Source of the DNA: Octopus sinensis
Taxonomy: Eukaryota
DNA: 21,191 nucleotides
Direction: 5' to 3'
Assembly: GCF_006345805.1 (NCBI RefSeq)
Contig: NW_021823886.1
Location: 1-21,191 of the forward strand
The notes under the pieces were generated by a model. That model made no database searches. It saw only the letters and a program-made list of their open reading frames with translations, and had not been told where the DNA came from. The translations under genes were made by a program, and so were the position numbers. Of this stretch, positions 1-10,246 are shown piece by piece. How positions within the stretch are numbered: the stretch's first letter is position 1; the number at the start of each line of letters is the position of its first letter.

Positions 1-714
1 ATCACCTCAAGTTCTGTGATCAACTTGACACTGGATGGTGACCATAGCTGAGAGCAATAGTCAAATGGCTTAGGACAAGTGTCCTCCAGATGACCATCAT
101 AGTTTTCTTGTTCTCTTGTTCTAAAGGTTCTAAGAATCCATCTGACCAGTCGTCTACATTTCCCTTGCCAATTTAGCAACACATGTACACGAAAGGTTGC
201 GTCATCACTCATGTAATTACCCAGGTCACGCACTGATTGTGCCTCTGGGATTGCAATTCCTCTGGGTCCAGTGTATTCATTGGGTATTGCATTTAGTTTT
301 GCATACTGATAGCATAAAGCTTGAAACTTTTCAGCATTGAACTGCATGCTATTCTTTTCAGCCCACTTGTATATTTTGTCCAGCTCACATTACAGCTTTA
401 TAGTGTCTTCAGGGTTCTGTATTGCCTGTGAAACTTTTGTATCATCTGCATAACTTGTGATCGTGGCTCTCTGCGTGGCTGAGGGCATGTCTGAGAGGGC
501 CATTATGAACAGTAGTGGTCCCCAACACTGCCTTGCGGAACACCGCTCACTATTTGCGTGTTAATGGCTACTACCACCTTACTTCTATCTTCAGAAAAGT
601 CATGAAGCCATTCTCCCAGTTTTCCAACTATGCTAAGATCACGCAGTTTGTGACATATCATCTCACATGATCGACTTTATCAAAGGCCTTTGCAAAGTCG
701 AGATATATAACTTT
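1..714 (-). mobile_element. CR1/Jockey-group LINE reverse transcriptase fragment (decayed)
   Basis: The minus strand reads VIYLDFAKAFDKVDH (~670-712), GVPQGSVLG (~515-545, then a frameshift) and ITSYADDTKVSQAI (YADD at 441-452). It runs off the window start and abuts the Tc1 left end at 717. Confidence 0.85.
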
Positions 715-716
715 CA

Positions 717-933
717 CAGTTGCGGCGAAAATGTTTAGAACGGCCTGTTTTCGTCATAAAAGGAGGTATAATTTTTTTTATCAAAGTTGTTTTATATTCT
801 ATAATTTTCACAGACCGTAAATACGATATTATTTGTTATTGTCTGAGATTTTGGTGTAATTTGAGAAGATAATACAAAAGTTATGGGTGATTTACTGCAA
901 AACCCATGGCGGCCAAAATGATCAGAACGGTTG
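717..933 (+). repeat. Left long terminal inverted repeat of Tc1 (outer and inner direct repeats)
   Basis: About 217 bp, alignable in reverse complement to 2080-2303. The outer DR gcggcgaaaatgtttagaacgg resembles the inner DR gcggccaaaatgatcagaacgg (~909-930). Confidence 0.88.
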
Positions 934-1048
934 CTTTTACTCCGTATTTAAGTATATTTAACCGGCGAACTCTGTTTTGAATTTGTTTACGTGACAGTTC
1001 GTTTACTAAACATTAGTAAGAATATCTGCAGTGTACTTTGTTAATATA

Positions 1049-2033
1049 ATGCTACTTACTCCGTTACCAATTTGTCAGTAGATTATTAAGCTTCGAAAGA
1101 AAGATAATTTAAGTATTGGGTCTATTGCAAAGATTGTTAACAAGTCGAAAAGTGTTGTTCACAGTATTCTTAAGGTCTACGGTGATTGTGGTTCGTGTGA
1201 AGCAAGAAAGTCTACAGGTAGGCCAAGAAAAATGACCAAGAGAGAAGATCGTGCTATGGTAAAGTTGGACAGATTTAAAACTGTTGCTGCTGTTTCTTGG
1301 GAAGTGAGCATTGTACTGAAGAAAACTTTATCTCGAAAAACTGTCTCGTCGTTTAGTTGAACATGACCTACAAGCAAGAGCACTTGCAGTGAAGCCACTG
1401 ATCTGCTCTAAGAATAAAAGGTGTCGTCTTACCTTTGCAACTGAATACGTGTTGTGGTCTCAAAAAAAATGGCAAACGGTGCTTTTCAGTGATGAATCTA
1501 AGTTTGTTATTTGGCTCACAGATGGGAAAGTAGGTGAAAAATTGTCGCCTAAATGCCTTAAGACTAGTGTTAAATTCGGTGGAGGATGTGTCATGGTTTG
1601 GAGGATGATATCTAGAGATGGTGTGGGCCCTTTGGTGCGATTACATGAAAAGGTAAATGCAGGAGTTTATAAACAACTTGTAAAAGATCATGTCTTGCCT
1701 GTGCTGAGAAATTCAACTAAGCGACCACCCATATTCATGCAGGACAATGCCCCATATCACAAGGCTATGGTGGTCATGAACTTCCTCAAGGCTAAAAAGG
1801 TTATTGTTATGGATTGGCCTGCTCAAAGCCCAGATCTCAATCCTATTGAAAATGTGTGGAATATTCTAGAACGTTCGAAAGCCAGAAATCCTAAAACAAC
1901 CGAGCAATTATGGAATGCCCTTCAGGAAGAATGGAATAAGATCACCTAGCAAGAAATTGAAAATTTAATTTCCTCATGCAGTCGAAGATGTCAAAGTGTG
2001 ATTGAAGCTAAAGGGCTTCACACTAAATATTAA
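1049..2033 (+). pseudogene. Tc1 transposase pseudogene, DD34E
   Basis: ATG at 1049, HTH region with GRPRK, then FSDESKF, MQDNAPYH and SPDLNPIE, with 34 residues between D and E. The C-terminus reads KGLHTKY* (TAA 2031-2033). In-frame stops at 1079 and 1947 and a frameshift near 1350 disrupt it. Confidence 0.92.
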
Positions 2034-2079
2034 ATATTTCTAGTATTCTCTGCCATTTTTGATTATTTCGTTATTTTTT

Positions 2080-2303
2080 CAACCGTTCTGATCATTTTGG
2101 CCGTCATGGGTTTTGCAGTAACTCACTAAATCATCCATAACTTTTGTATTATCCTCTCAAATTACACCAAAATGTCAGGCAATAACAATTAATATCGTAT
2201 TTACTGTCTGTGAAAAGTATAGAATATATAACAACTTTGGTAAAAACTTATACCTACCTTTGTGCCGAAAACAGTGCTGTTCTGAACATTTTGGCCGCAA
2301 CTG
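2080..2303 (-). repeat. Right long terminal inverted repeat of Tc1
   Basis: Reverse complement of 717-933, with an ~8-bp local duplication (taactcac/taaatcat). Confidence 0.88.
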
Positions 2304-3127
2304 TATGTATGTGTATATATATGTATATATGTGTATGTATAAATATTTGTGTATATATATGTATGTGTATGTGTATATATATGTATGTATATATATATAT
2401 GTATGTGTATGTATATATGTATGTATATATATATATATATGTATGTGTATGTATATATGTACGTGTATATGTATGTGTATATATATGTATATGTGTGTGT
2501 GTATGTATATATGTACGTGTATATGTATGTGTGTGTGTATATATGTGTATGTATATATGTACGTGTGTGTGTGTGTGTATGTATATATGTATGTGTGTGT
2601 ATGTATATATGTACGTGTATATGTTTGTATGTATATGTTTGTATGTGTATGTATATATATGTATGTGTATATATATATATGTGTATGTATATATGTGGTA
2701 TTTATATATGTATGTGTATAATATATGTGTGTGTATATATATGTGTGTATAATGTATGTATGTATATATATATATGTGTGTGTGTAATGTATATATGTAC
2801 GTGTATATGTATGTGTGTGTGTATATATGTGTATGTATATATGTACGTGTGTGTGTGTGTGTATGTATATATGTATGTGTGTGTATGTATATATGTACGT
2901 GTATATGTTTGTATGTATATGTTTGTATGTGTATGTATATATATGTATGTGTATATATATATATGTGTATGTATATATGTGTATGTATATATATGTATGT
3001 GTATATATATATGTGTGTGTATATATATGTGTGTATATATGTATGTATGTATATATATATATATGTGTGTGTGTGTGTATATATATGTGTGTGTATATAT
3101 GTATGTGTATATATATATGCGTATATA

Positions 3128-3174
<47 letters not shown>

Positions 3175-3230
3175 ATATATTTGTATGTGTATGTATATAT
3201 CTATATATATATGTGTGTGTTTATATATGT
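2304..3230. repeat. Compound (TA)n/(TG)n microsatellite, ~930 bp
   Basis: Near-continuous alternating purine-pyrimidine dinucleotides. An ~190-bp block is repeated at an offset of about 284 bp (tacgtg landmarks at 2514 and 2798). Confidence 0.97.
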
Positions 3231-3393
3231 ATCATCATCATCGTTTAACGTCAGTTCTCTATGCTAGCATGGGTTGGACAGTTGGACCGGGTATCTGGGA
3301 AGCCAGAAGGCTGCACCAGGCTTTAGTCTGATCTGACAGTGTTTCTGCTGCTGGATGCCCTTCCTAACGCCAACCACTCCGTGAGTGTAGTGG

Positions 3394-3610
3394 GTGCTTT
3401 TTACGTGCCACTTGCACAGGTGCCAGGTGAGGCTGGCAACGGCCATGATCGGATTTGTGCATTTTACGTGTCACCGGCACGGAAGCCTGTCAAGGCGGCG
3501 CTGGCATCGGCTACGATTCGGATAGCGCTGTTTACGTGCCACCGGCACGGAAGCCAGTCTAGGCGGCTCTAGCAACGGCCACGTTCAGATGGTGCTTTTA
3601 TGTGCGACCG
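3394..3610. repeat. 63-68 bp minisatellite in the RTE 3' UTR with a GTGCC-N3-GGCAC hairpin core
   Basis: Cores gtgc(t/a)ttttacgtgccaccggcac start at 3394, 3457, 3525 and 3592 (the last is partial). Confidence 0.85.
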
Positions 3611-3951
3611 TCTCAGGGATCACAACTGCAGTTTCCATTGATTTTGATGTTGGTGTTCTTGACTCAATGGATCTCCTCAGGCACAGGGTCGAAATGGTGT
3701 TTCTTCACTTGCCACCTGCACAGGAGTCAGTCCAGTGGTCCTGGCAACTGCCAGGTGCCGGTTATAGGATTGGTTCAATTTCGATTCTGATTTCACTTGC
3801 CCCAACAGGTCTTCGCAAGCAGAGTTTAGTGTCCAATGAAGGGAGGTTGGCATGGGTGCCTGTGGTCGGATGAGGTTCGATTTCGACTTCTCTTGCCTCA
3901 ACAGGTCTTTGTGTGTCCAAGGGAGGAAAGACATGCATAAGTGGGCTGGAC

Positions 3952-5231
3952 TCACTTGTCCTGCCGGGTCTTCTCACGCATAGCATATTTCCAAAGGTCT
4001 CGGTCGCTAGTCATTGCCTCGGTGAGGCCTAAAGTTTGAAGGTCGTTTGAACCTCGTCCTAGGTTTTCCTGGGTCTACCTCTTCCACGGGTTCCCTCAAC
4101 TGCTAGGGATTGGCACATTTCACACACCTATCTTCATCCATTCTCACCACATGACCATACCAGTGCAATCGTCTCTCTTGCACACCACAACTGATGCTTC
4201 TTAGGTCCAACATTTCTCTCAAGGTACTAACACTGTCGATTATGAACACTGACATTACACATCCATCGGAGCATACTGGCTTCATTTCTCGCGAGCTTAC
4301 GCATGTCCTCAGCAGTCCTGGCCCATGTTTCACTGCCATGTAGCATGGCTGTTCGTACACATGCATCATACAGTCTGCCTTTTACTCTGTGCGAGAGGCC
4401 TTTAGTCACCAGCAGAGGTAAGAGCTCTCTGAACTTTGCCCAGGCTATTCTTACTCTACAGTTACACTTTCAGCACACCCACCCCCACTACTGACTTGGT
4501 CACCTAGATAACGGAAGCTATCAACTACTTCTAGTTTTTCCCCCTGGAAAGTGGCGGAAGTTGTTTTCTGCAGATTTTCAGAGTTTATTGCTCCTGAGCA
4601 TCTGCCACATACAAAAACTATCTTCCCAGTTAGCCTTCCTTTGACATTGCTGTACCTCTTATGTGTCCATAGCTTACACTGGGTACATCTTATAGAGTTT
4701 CTACCTACGCCTTTTCTACAGATCGAGCAGGGCCATCTACCTGAAGGCATTTGTGGTTTGTCTACCTTCCTACTTATTAGGACTTTGGTTTTAGCTAGGT
4801 TGACTCTAAGGCCCCTTGATTCTAATCCCTCCTTCCACACCTGGAACTTCTCCTCCCGTTCTGTTAGTGACTCAGCAATTAGAGCAAGGTCGTCAGCATA
4901 GAGGAACTCCCAGGGGCATCCTGTCTTGAATTCCTCCATAATTGCCTGGAGGACTATGATAAATAGGAGGGGGCTGAGGACTGAACCCTGGTGGACCCCA
5001 ACCTCTACTTTGAATTCTTCAGTGTACACGTTGCTAACCTTAACCTTACTTACAGAATCCCTGTACATGGCTTGCACAGCTCTCATCAGCCATTCATCTA
5101 TCCCAGATAAGGGATCAGGGGACCATGTCGAAGGCTTTCTCCATGTCAGCGAAAGCCAGGTACAGGGGCTTATCTTTGGCTAGGTATTTCTCCTGCAGCT
5201 GTCTCACCAGAAATATGGCATCAGTGGTGGC
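3952..5231 (-). pseudogene. RTE ORF2 reverse transcriptase C-terminal part (frameshifts/stops)
   Basis: TTDAIFLVRQLQEKYLAK, AFADMEKAFDMVP, GVHQGSVLSPLLF, LYADD (YADD 4889-4900), VDSFRYLG, LHGSETW, RRLHWYGHV, GRGRPRKT, ending REKTRQDK* at 3952. Confidence 0.92.
4598..4729 (-). other. PHD-type (C4HC3) zinc finger embedded in the RTE RT
   Basis: CSIC-x10-CTQC-x4-H-x2-[Y for C]-x14-CGRC lies between YADD and VDSFRYLG. The ligand after His is TAC (Tyr), one base from TGC (Cys). Confidence 0.8.
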
Positions 5232-5232
5232 A

Positions 5233-5578
5233 TGTGTATGTATATATATATATATATGTGTGTGTATATATATGTATATATATGCATATATATATACATA
5301 CGTTATATAGATATATATATTGATACATATACACATGCATATACATCTATATAGACTCACTCATATATATAGGTATATATATATACACACACATATATAT
5401 ATATATACATATGTTTACATATATATACATACATATGTATTCATATATATACATACATATATTTCTATATATATATATATATATAGCCACTTGTATATAT
5501 ATACACATAAATATGCATACATAAATACATGCAAAATATATAGATACATATATATACACAAAGATGTATATATATAAA
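5233..5578. repeat. Compound (TA)n/(CA)n microsatellite
   Basis: Alternating dinucleotide tract. Confidence 0.95.
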
Positions 5579-5639
5579 TACTTAGTGAAACTAATAGAAA
5601 TGAAACTAATATGTATATACAGTGAAAGTATTAATAGTG

Positions 5640-5910
5640 AAACTATTAAAACTGAAAGTATTAGCTTACATTACAATAGAGACGTAATTGTTTAACTTTT
5701 GACATGTAATATGGAAACAGTGTAAGAGATAAGAGCTTGCTCAAGGCTCGTATTAGGCAAGAAATTGAAAATATTTTGGCCCATGACAGTGCATGCACCC
5801 TAAGTGAGACATGTAAAATTTGAATGAAATTGGTCGAGTAATATATGAGGTTTAGTGATGCACACATAAGGACAGACAGACAGACTCATTCTCAGTTTTA
5901 TATATATAGA
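5640..5910 (-). mobile_element. Probable non-autonomous Helitron-like element, 5' end
   Basis: The minus strand begins A|TCTATATATATAAAACTGAGAATGAGTCTGTCTGTCTGTCC, i.e. a TC start after A, then a TA run and (GTCT)n, typical of Helitron/Helentron-type 5' ends. No clear hairpin-CTRR 3' end was found, so the left boundary is approximate. Confidence 0.5.
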
Positions 5911-6268
5911 TCACTGTACTTGCTTTTATTAAATCCCTACATTTGGCCAACCTTTATTTTTCCTTCCAGTTGTCTACAGTGTAATCTTTATACAATCATC
6001 TCGTACAATATTTGGAATTTAATTCTATAAACACTTCAACAAAGAAATAGCTAAATTACCTGCATATTTTGATCTTAGTTTTGTTTCCTCTATGCTTTAC
6101 CAGAGCAACTTCAAGGAAATCACTTGATAATATCTTTATACTACTCCTTATCAATGTGAAATTGGTATGAATTGTTAGATTTAAAAGCCATTAAAGCTGC
6201 TTCTAGGGTAGGGAAACCTGTCTGTAAGCAGGTTTTGTGGTTGTATCAGTCATTCCTCATTGAGTATA

Positions 6269-7515
6269 CAAAGGTGGGCTGAGAAGTTCATAGGTTGACT
6301 ATGAAGGAGTGTTTCTAGAGCAGTGAAATACTGCATGCATTCATTTCATATCTTCTTCATAATTGCATTGTTTTTTTTTCCTGGTAAACTGACTGCTAAC
6401 TGTGCAAAGAAGACTGCAAAAGTAACAGGTTGTGACTAGTCTTCAAGATGGACGAAATTTGGTATCATAGTATTATCAAGTACCTGCAGAAAAAGGGTTT
6501 AGCTGACATGGTTGCTACATTAGAGGGTGACATTCCAGCTTTCTCAACAGTGCAAAAGCATGCAGCTGAATTTTGGAAGGAAAGGGAGAGTCTTAAAGAA
6601 GATCTGACATCTGGACATCCAGTAACCGCCACCTCAAGGAAAACATTGATCATGTTCACCATGCAGTGATGGAAGGCAGGCAATTGACTATAAATCAAAT
6701 AGCCAATTCTATTAACATATCCCATGAGAGAATTGAGAATATTCTACACAATGAGCTTGGCATGACAAAAGTTTCTTCTCAGTAGGTGTCATATCTTCTG
6801 ACATTTATTCAAAAATGCACCATGCTGATCACATCACAGGAAAATCTGACATTTGAGGCAGATCCTGTTGGTTTCTTTAAACAGTTTCTACCCCAGGATG
6901 AGTGTTGGCTTCATCACTTAGAGCTAGAGACAGTCTATGCAATGGAAACACCCCTCCTCACCTGCTCCAAACAAGGCCGAGGTTATTTCATCAGGGAAGG
7001 TGATGGCCTCAGCCTTTTGAAATGTAAAAGGCATTGTGTCCATTGACTATCTTCAGATGTGCCACACCATCAATGGAGAGTTCTCTGCCAACTTGCTGAG
7101 GCAGTTACAAAACCAAATGCCTAGAAAAACTGATGAAAGGGATCCTGATTCATCAGGACAATGCTCCAGCATTCAAATCCTTGCTTTGAATGGCTGCTGT
7201 GTATGACTGTGACTTTGAACTGGTTGATCAGCTCCCCTATTCTCCTGATTAGACCCTATCTGACTATCATCTGTTCCCCAACATGAAAAAACACTTGACT
7301 GGGAACCAATATCCTAGATGATGATGTCATATTTGCTATTGGTGACTTTTTGACCACTTGGATGTAAGCTTATTCATGTATGGGATCCATGCACTGCAAC
7401 ATTGATGAAAAAAATGTGCTGACCAAAAGGGGAATTATTTTGAAAAATAAACTTCATATTGTCACATTTTATGAGGCCTTTTCGGTCAGCCTATAAACTT
7501 TTCAGCCAAGCCATG
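6269..7515 (+). mobile_element. Full-length mariner element (DD34D), 1247 bp, TA TSD
   Basis: TA|caaaggtgggctgagaagttcataggttgac ... gtcagcctataaacttttcagccaagccatg|TA, giving ~30-bp imperfect TIRs with TA on both sides. Confidence 0.9.
6448..7450 (+). pseudogene. Mariner transposase pseudogene
   Basis: MDEIWYHSIIKYL start, degenerate WVPHxL (*VSYLLT), PQDECWLHH, HQDNAPAF and YSPD*TLSDYHLF, with 34 residues between D and D. Ends GNYFEK* at 7450 and has many frameshifts. Confidence 0.9.
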
Positions 7516-8101
7516 TATGATGTGTTCAAGAATCAATAAATACAAGGTGGCAACATACATAGTTGCAATGCATAGATGCTTCATACAATTTTTGTTTTAT
7601 AACCAGTAAAAGAGTATATATATAACAGGTTATATATGTCAAAAATTAAGGTGAGCAGGTTGTATATCTGTAGATTTTTTTTTTTTGTGGCATGTCAAGC
7701 TCTATTGAATTAAAGTGAAAAGAGTGGTTATTTTGCAACCTCAAAAGTTCAGCATGTTTCTTACTATTTTCTCCAAATAACTTTTTTTTATATATATAGT
7801 TTAGCTGCAGAAGAAAGGGCAGTTTCCATGACCTCTAAAACTGATAGGAGGAAGGGAAGAAAATATGCTCAGGCTGGATTAAGTCTACCATCCAGGAACA
7901 GTATCCACCTTCCAAATTCTGCTCTTAAGTATTTGGCCAATGCTATACTTTGGTAGCAGCTGGGTAACTTGAAGGCATTAGCAAAAGATCTGAAATGTTG
8001 TTTGGTCAAGTTCAAAGAATAATTTTGAGTTTTTTTTACACACTCTTTTATAGTGAATTTACATTCTTTCTTTTCTTTTTTTTCCATTTTTCTCCTTTTA
8101 G

Positions 8102-8256
8102 GATTTTGTCCCTCTCTATCAGAGCTGGGAAAGTTTCTACACTAGAAACTTGTATCGAAGAATAAGTGATTGCTGGAATCGTCCTGTCTGTACAGCTCCA
8201 GGAGCAGAAATAGATGTCTTAGAACGAGAATCTCCTGATTTTGGTTGGAACTGGAA
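8102..8256 (+). CDS. SPTLC2: Internal coding exon of serine palmitoyltransferase 2 (LCB2; SPTLC2/3 family)
   Basis: A long polypyrimidine tract plus AG (8100-8101) and a GTAAGG donor (8257) flank the exon. It translates as [51 protein letters not shown](K), matching the recalled SPTLC2 segment [35 protein letters not shown]. Phase 0 start, phase 2 end. Confidence 0.93.
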
Positions 8257-8399
8257 GTAAGGTTTTTGTTTTAATAGTGAATTGTTTTTTGAATTTTATG
8301 TACTGGTGTAGATAATGCTTAGAAGGTTTTATAGATATAATTGATAGCTTTTGCAACATAATCAGTAGTAGAGGCGTGTACTCTGCAAATATGGTATCC

Positions 8400-8850
8400 A
8401 GACATGGTGGGGAAAAAATTCAGGAATCTATTGCTTATACTGATGACAAAGGGATTCTCTCTGAGTGAAGAATAGATTGATGTCGTATACAAAGTATGAT
8501 GCTGCATGATAGTGAGACGTTAATTTGGAGAGTAATGAAATAAGTATGCTCTGTTGGAAGTGTAATGTCATCGTGCATGAACAACATGGTACAAATAAGC
8601 TGAGAGCTAAACTAGGTGTAAAAGGAATCAGTTGCAGTGTTCTAGAATGAAGACTGTTGGTGCAGTCATTTGGTGCATATGACATATAACAAATAGGTAA
8701 AAAATGCCAAAAGATGCAGAAGGAAACTGTGGAATAGGAATACCAAGGTAGACATTGACAGAAGTGGTAAAAGCTAATCTCATGATGTTGAACCTCATAC
8801 TGGAGTTGACAACAGAACATAAAGAAAGGTGTGATACTGTGTTGGAAGGG
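8400..8850 (+). mobile_element. Old RTE LINE 3' ORF fragment
   Basis: Degenerate match to the RTE at 3952-4450: KKFRNLL..MTKGFSL, SMMLHDSET, CNVIVHEQ..KLRAKLGVKGISCSVLE*RL. Boundaries are approximate. Confidence 0.7.
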
Positions 8851-8949
8851 ACCCCCCTCCCCATAACCTGTGGAAAACTGGAAAAGCAAATGTAAAAGTG
8901 ATGTGTTTATATAATAATTACCTTTGTGATAAATAACTTTATGTAGAGT

Positions 8950-9428
8950 AGTAATACAGCTAATTGAATTAACACTGGTACATTTTTCATTTATGTTGAT
9001 CTCATCACCTCTTAAAGAAATCAGTTTTGGCAAGCTAAAATAGCACTCAGCAGCATTGTGTGTGTCAGTAACAGAATTTTGACTGCAAACTTTGGTAGAA
9101 TCAGTCATTGTGCATTATGCCCTGGTTGAGGGCTCACAAGATGCAGAACAACACAACAGTCTTGCTGATGTAATTCACTCAATTCAAGCTCACAACATGA
9201 TATTCTTACTTGGTGATTGTAACGCATACATAGGAACAAAAGATGGTTCTTTCGCATTTCATGTACAAACAAACGACGACTACTTACTCCTGGACCTTGC
9301 GTTAGAAACCAAAATGGTTATTACAGATACTCAGTTCCAAAAGGAAAAAGGCAAGCTATGGACTTATATCTCACAACCAAAAGTGGAAAAACTTTATTTG
9401 AAATGAAGTATGCAACAGCCTTGCAAGT
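8950..9428 (+). mobile_element. RTE-type LINE, APE endonuclease part (left piece, split by Gypsy)
   Basis: VIVHYALVEGS, HNMIFLLGDCNAYIG, LLDLALETKMVITDTQFQKEKGKLWTYIS, KWKNF..NSLAS up to the LTR. The left boundary is approximate. Confidence 0.8.
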
Positions 9429-9500
9429 TGTTATGGGGATGATAATAATAGAACACCCCTCCCACATGATGAGTGGTATGTGTCAAATACTGTAATAACA
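9429..9500 (+). repeat. Gypsy 5' LTR (72 bp, apparently internally deleted)
   Basis: TGTTAT...ATAACA inverted termini. Shares gaaca(c/t)ccctcccac(a/g)tgatgagtggtat with the 3' LTR. Confidence 0.8.
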
Positions 9501-9501
9501 G

Positions 9502-9512
9502 TAGTGACAAGG
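9502..9512 (+). promoter_or_regulatory. Degenerate primer-binding site
   Basis: tagtgacaagg lies 1 nt after the LTR and differs by three transitions from TGGCGACGAGG, a PBS I recall for this Gypsy group. Confidence 0.55.
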
Positions 9513-9610
9513 ATTTAGCAAACTCACAAAGATTAAACAAACTTACAAGGAGTTATGAAACTCAGAAAAGTTTTTTGTGTGAATTTCATGGTATACAAAA
9601 GTGTAAAATT

Positions 9611-10190
9611 ATGGAAGATTTGTTTGCCAGTTTGCTCAAGTTGCAACAACAGCAGCAGCAAGAACAGCAACAACATCAACAGCAGCAACAACAAATGCTG
9701 TAATTAATGAATAGTAAATCTTCTAAAAATGTTGAAAAGATGTTCTTGCCAGATTATGTTGCAAACTTGATAACAGAATTTAAATATGAACCAGACCAAT
9801 GAATTACCTTCGAGATATACTGTGGAAGGTATGAACAGATTTTCAATAAGAGTGCAAAGATTGGGACGATGTTATGAAAATGCATCTAATCCTAAGAAAA
9901 CTGCCTGCAGGAGAACATGAACATTACAGCAATTAGGTACTCCCAGAAAACCATCTGACATAAACTTTAGAAATACAATAGACATATTGTGTGAAATTTC
10001 TAGCAAAGAAAGCTTGTTCTATTGAACAACAAGCTTGAAATGTTTGAACCTAGAAAAAAACAATGAGGATGACTGTCACATATGCTGGTAGAGTTAAGAG
10101 AACATGACAAGTTCAAACTGGACGAATTAATGCCAGATATATTCAAGATATATTCAGGGACTAACTGCAGAAAAATTCAGTTCAGTCAAA
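9611..10190 (+). pseudogene. Gypsy gag remnant with an N-terminal polyQ
   Basis: MEDLFASLLKLQQQ..., EFKYEPDQ*ITFEIYCGRYEQIF, MHLILRKLPAGEHEHYSN, PSDINFRNTIDIL. Ends abruptly before the zinc knuckle/protease. Confidence 0.75.
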
Positions 10191-10246
10191 GGTTCGAATG
10201 CAGCTGAAGGATTGAAACGAAAAATAAAACATTTCCAGATGTTTTC

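Larger units (their letters stand above)
717..2303 (+). mobile_element. Full-length Tc1-family DNA transposon (DD34E, long IR/DR-type TIRs)
   Basis: The left end cagttgcggcgaaaatgtttagaac matches the reverse complement of the right end gttctgaacattttggccgcaactg (2 mismatches). The right flank is TA (2304-2305); the left flank is CA (probably a mutated TSD). It contains a transposase. Confidence 0.93.
3231..5231 (-). mobile_element. 5'-truncated RTE-clade LINE with (GAT)n tail
   Basis: (CAT)n at 3231-3242 is the 3' tail on the minus strand. The 3' UTR is ~720 bp. RT motifs lie upstream, and the element is flanked on both sides by TA/TG microsatellite. Confidence 0.9.

Noticed and set aside
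2210-3331. Six long overlapping ORFs rich in Y/V/C/M/I (up to 299 aa)
   Set aside because: These are translation artefacts of a stop-poor TA/TG microsatellite. The same applies to the ORFs at 5115-5577.
3394-3610. Regularly spaced palindromic repeats resembling a CRISPR array
   Set aside because: The 'spacers' are homologous to one another, the context is a eukaryotic LINE 3' UTR and there are no cas genes. It is a minisatellite.
7804-7955. Open frame AEERAVSMTSKTDRRKGRKYAQAGL... after an AG, just upstream of the SPTLC2 exon
   Set aside because: It has no resemblance to SPTLC2, and no GT donor in phase 0 that would join the 8102 exon in frame. It is not supported as a coding exon without RNA data.
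8428-9108. 226-aa minus-strand ORF
   Set aside because: It is antisense to decayed RTE fragments and has no recognisable motif.
9640-9697. PolyQ (CAG/CAA) tract suggesting a host gene
   Set aside because: It lies just after the LTR/PBS at the start of the Gypsy gag.
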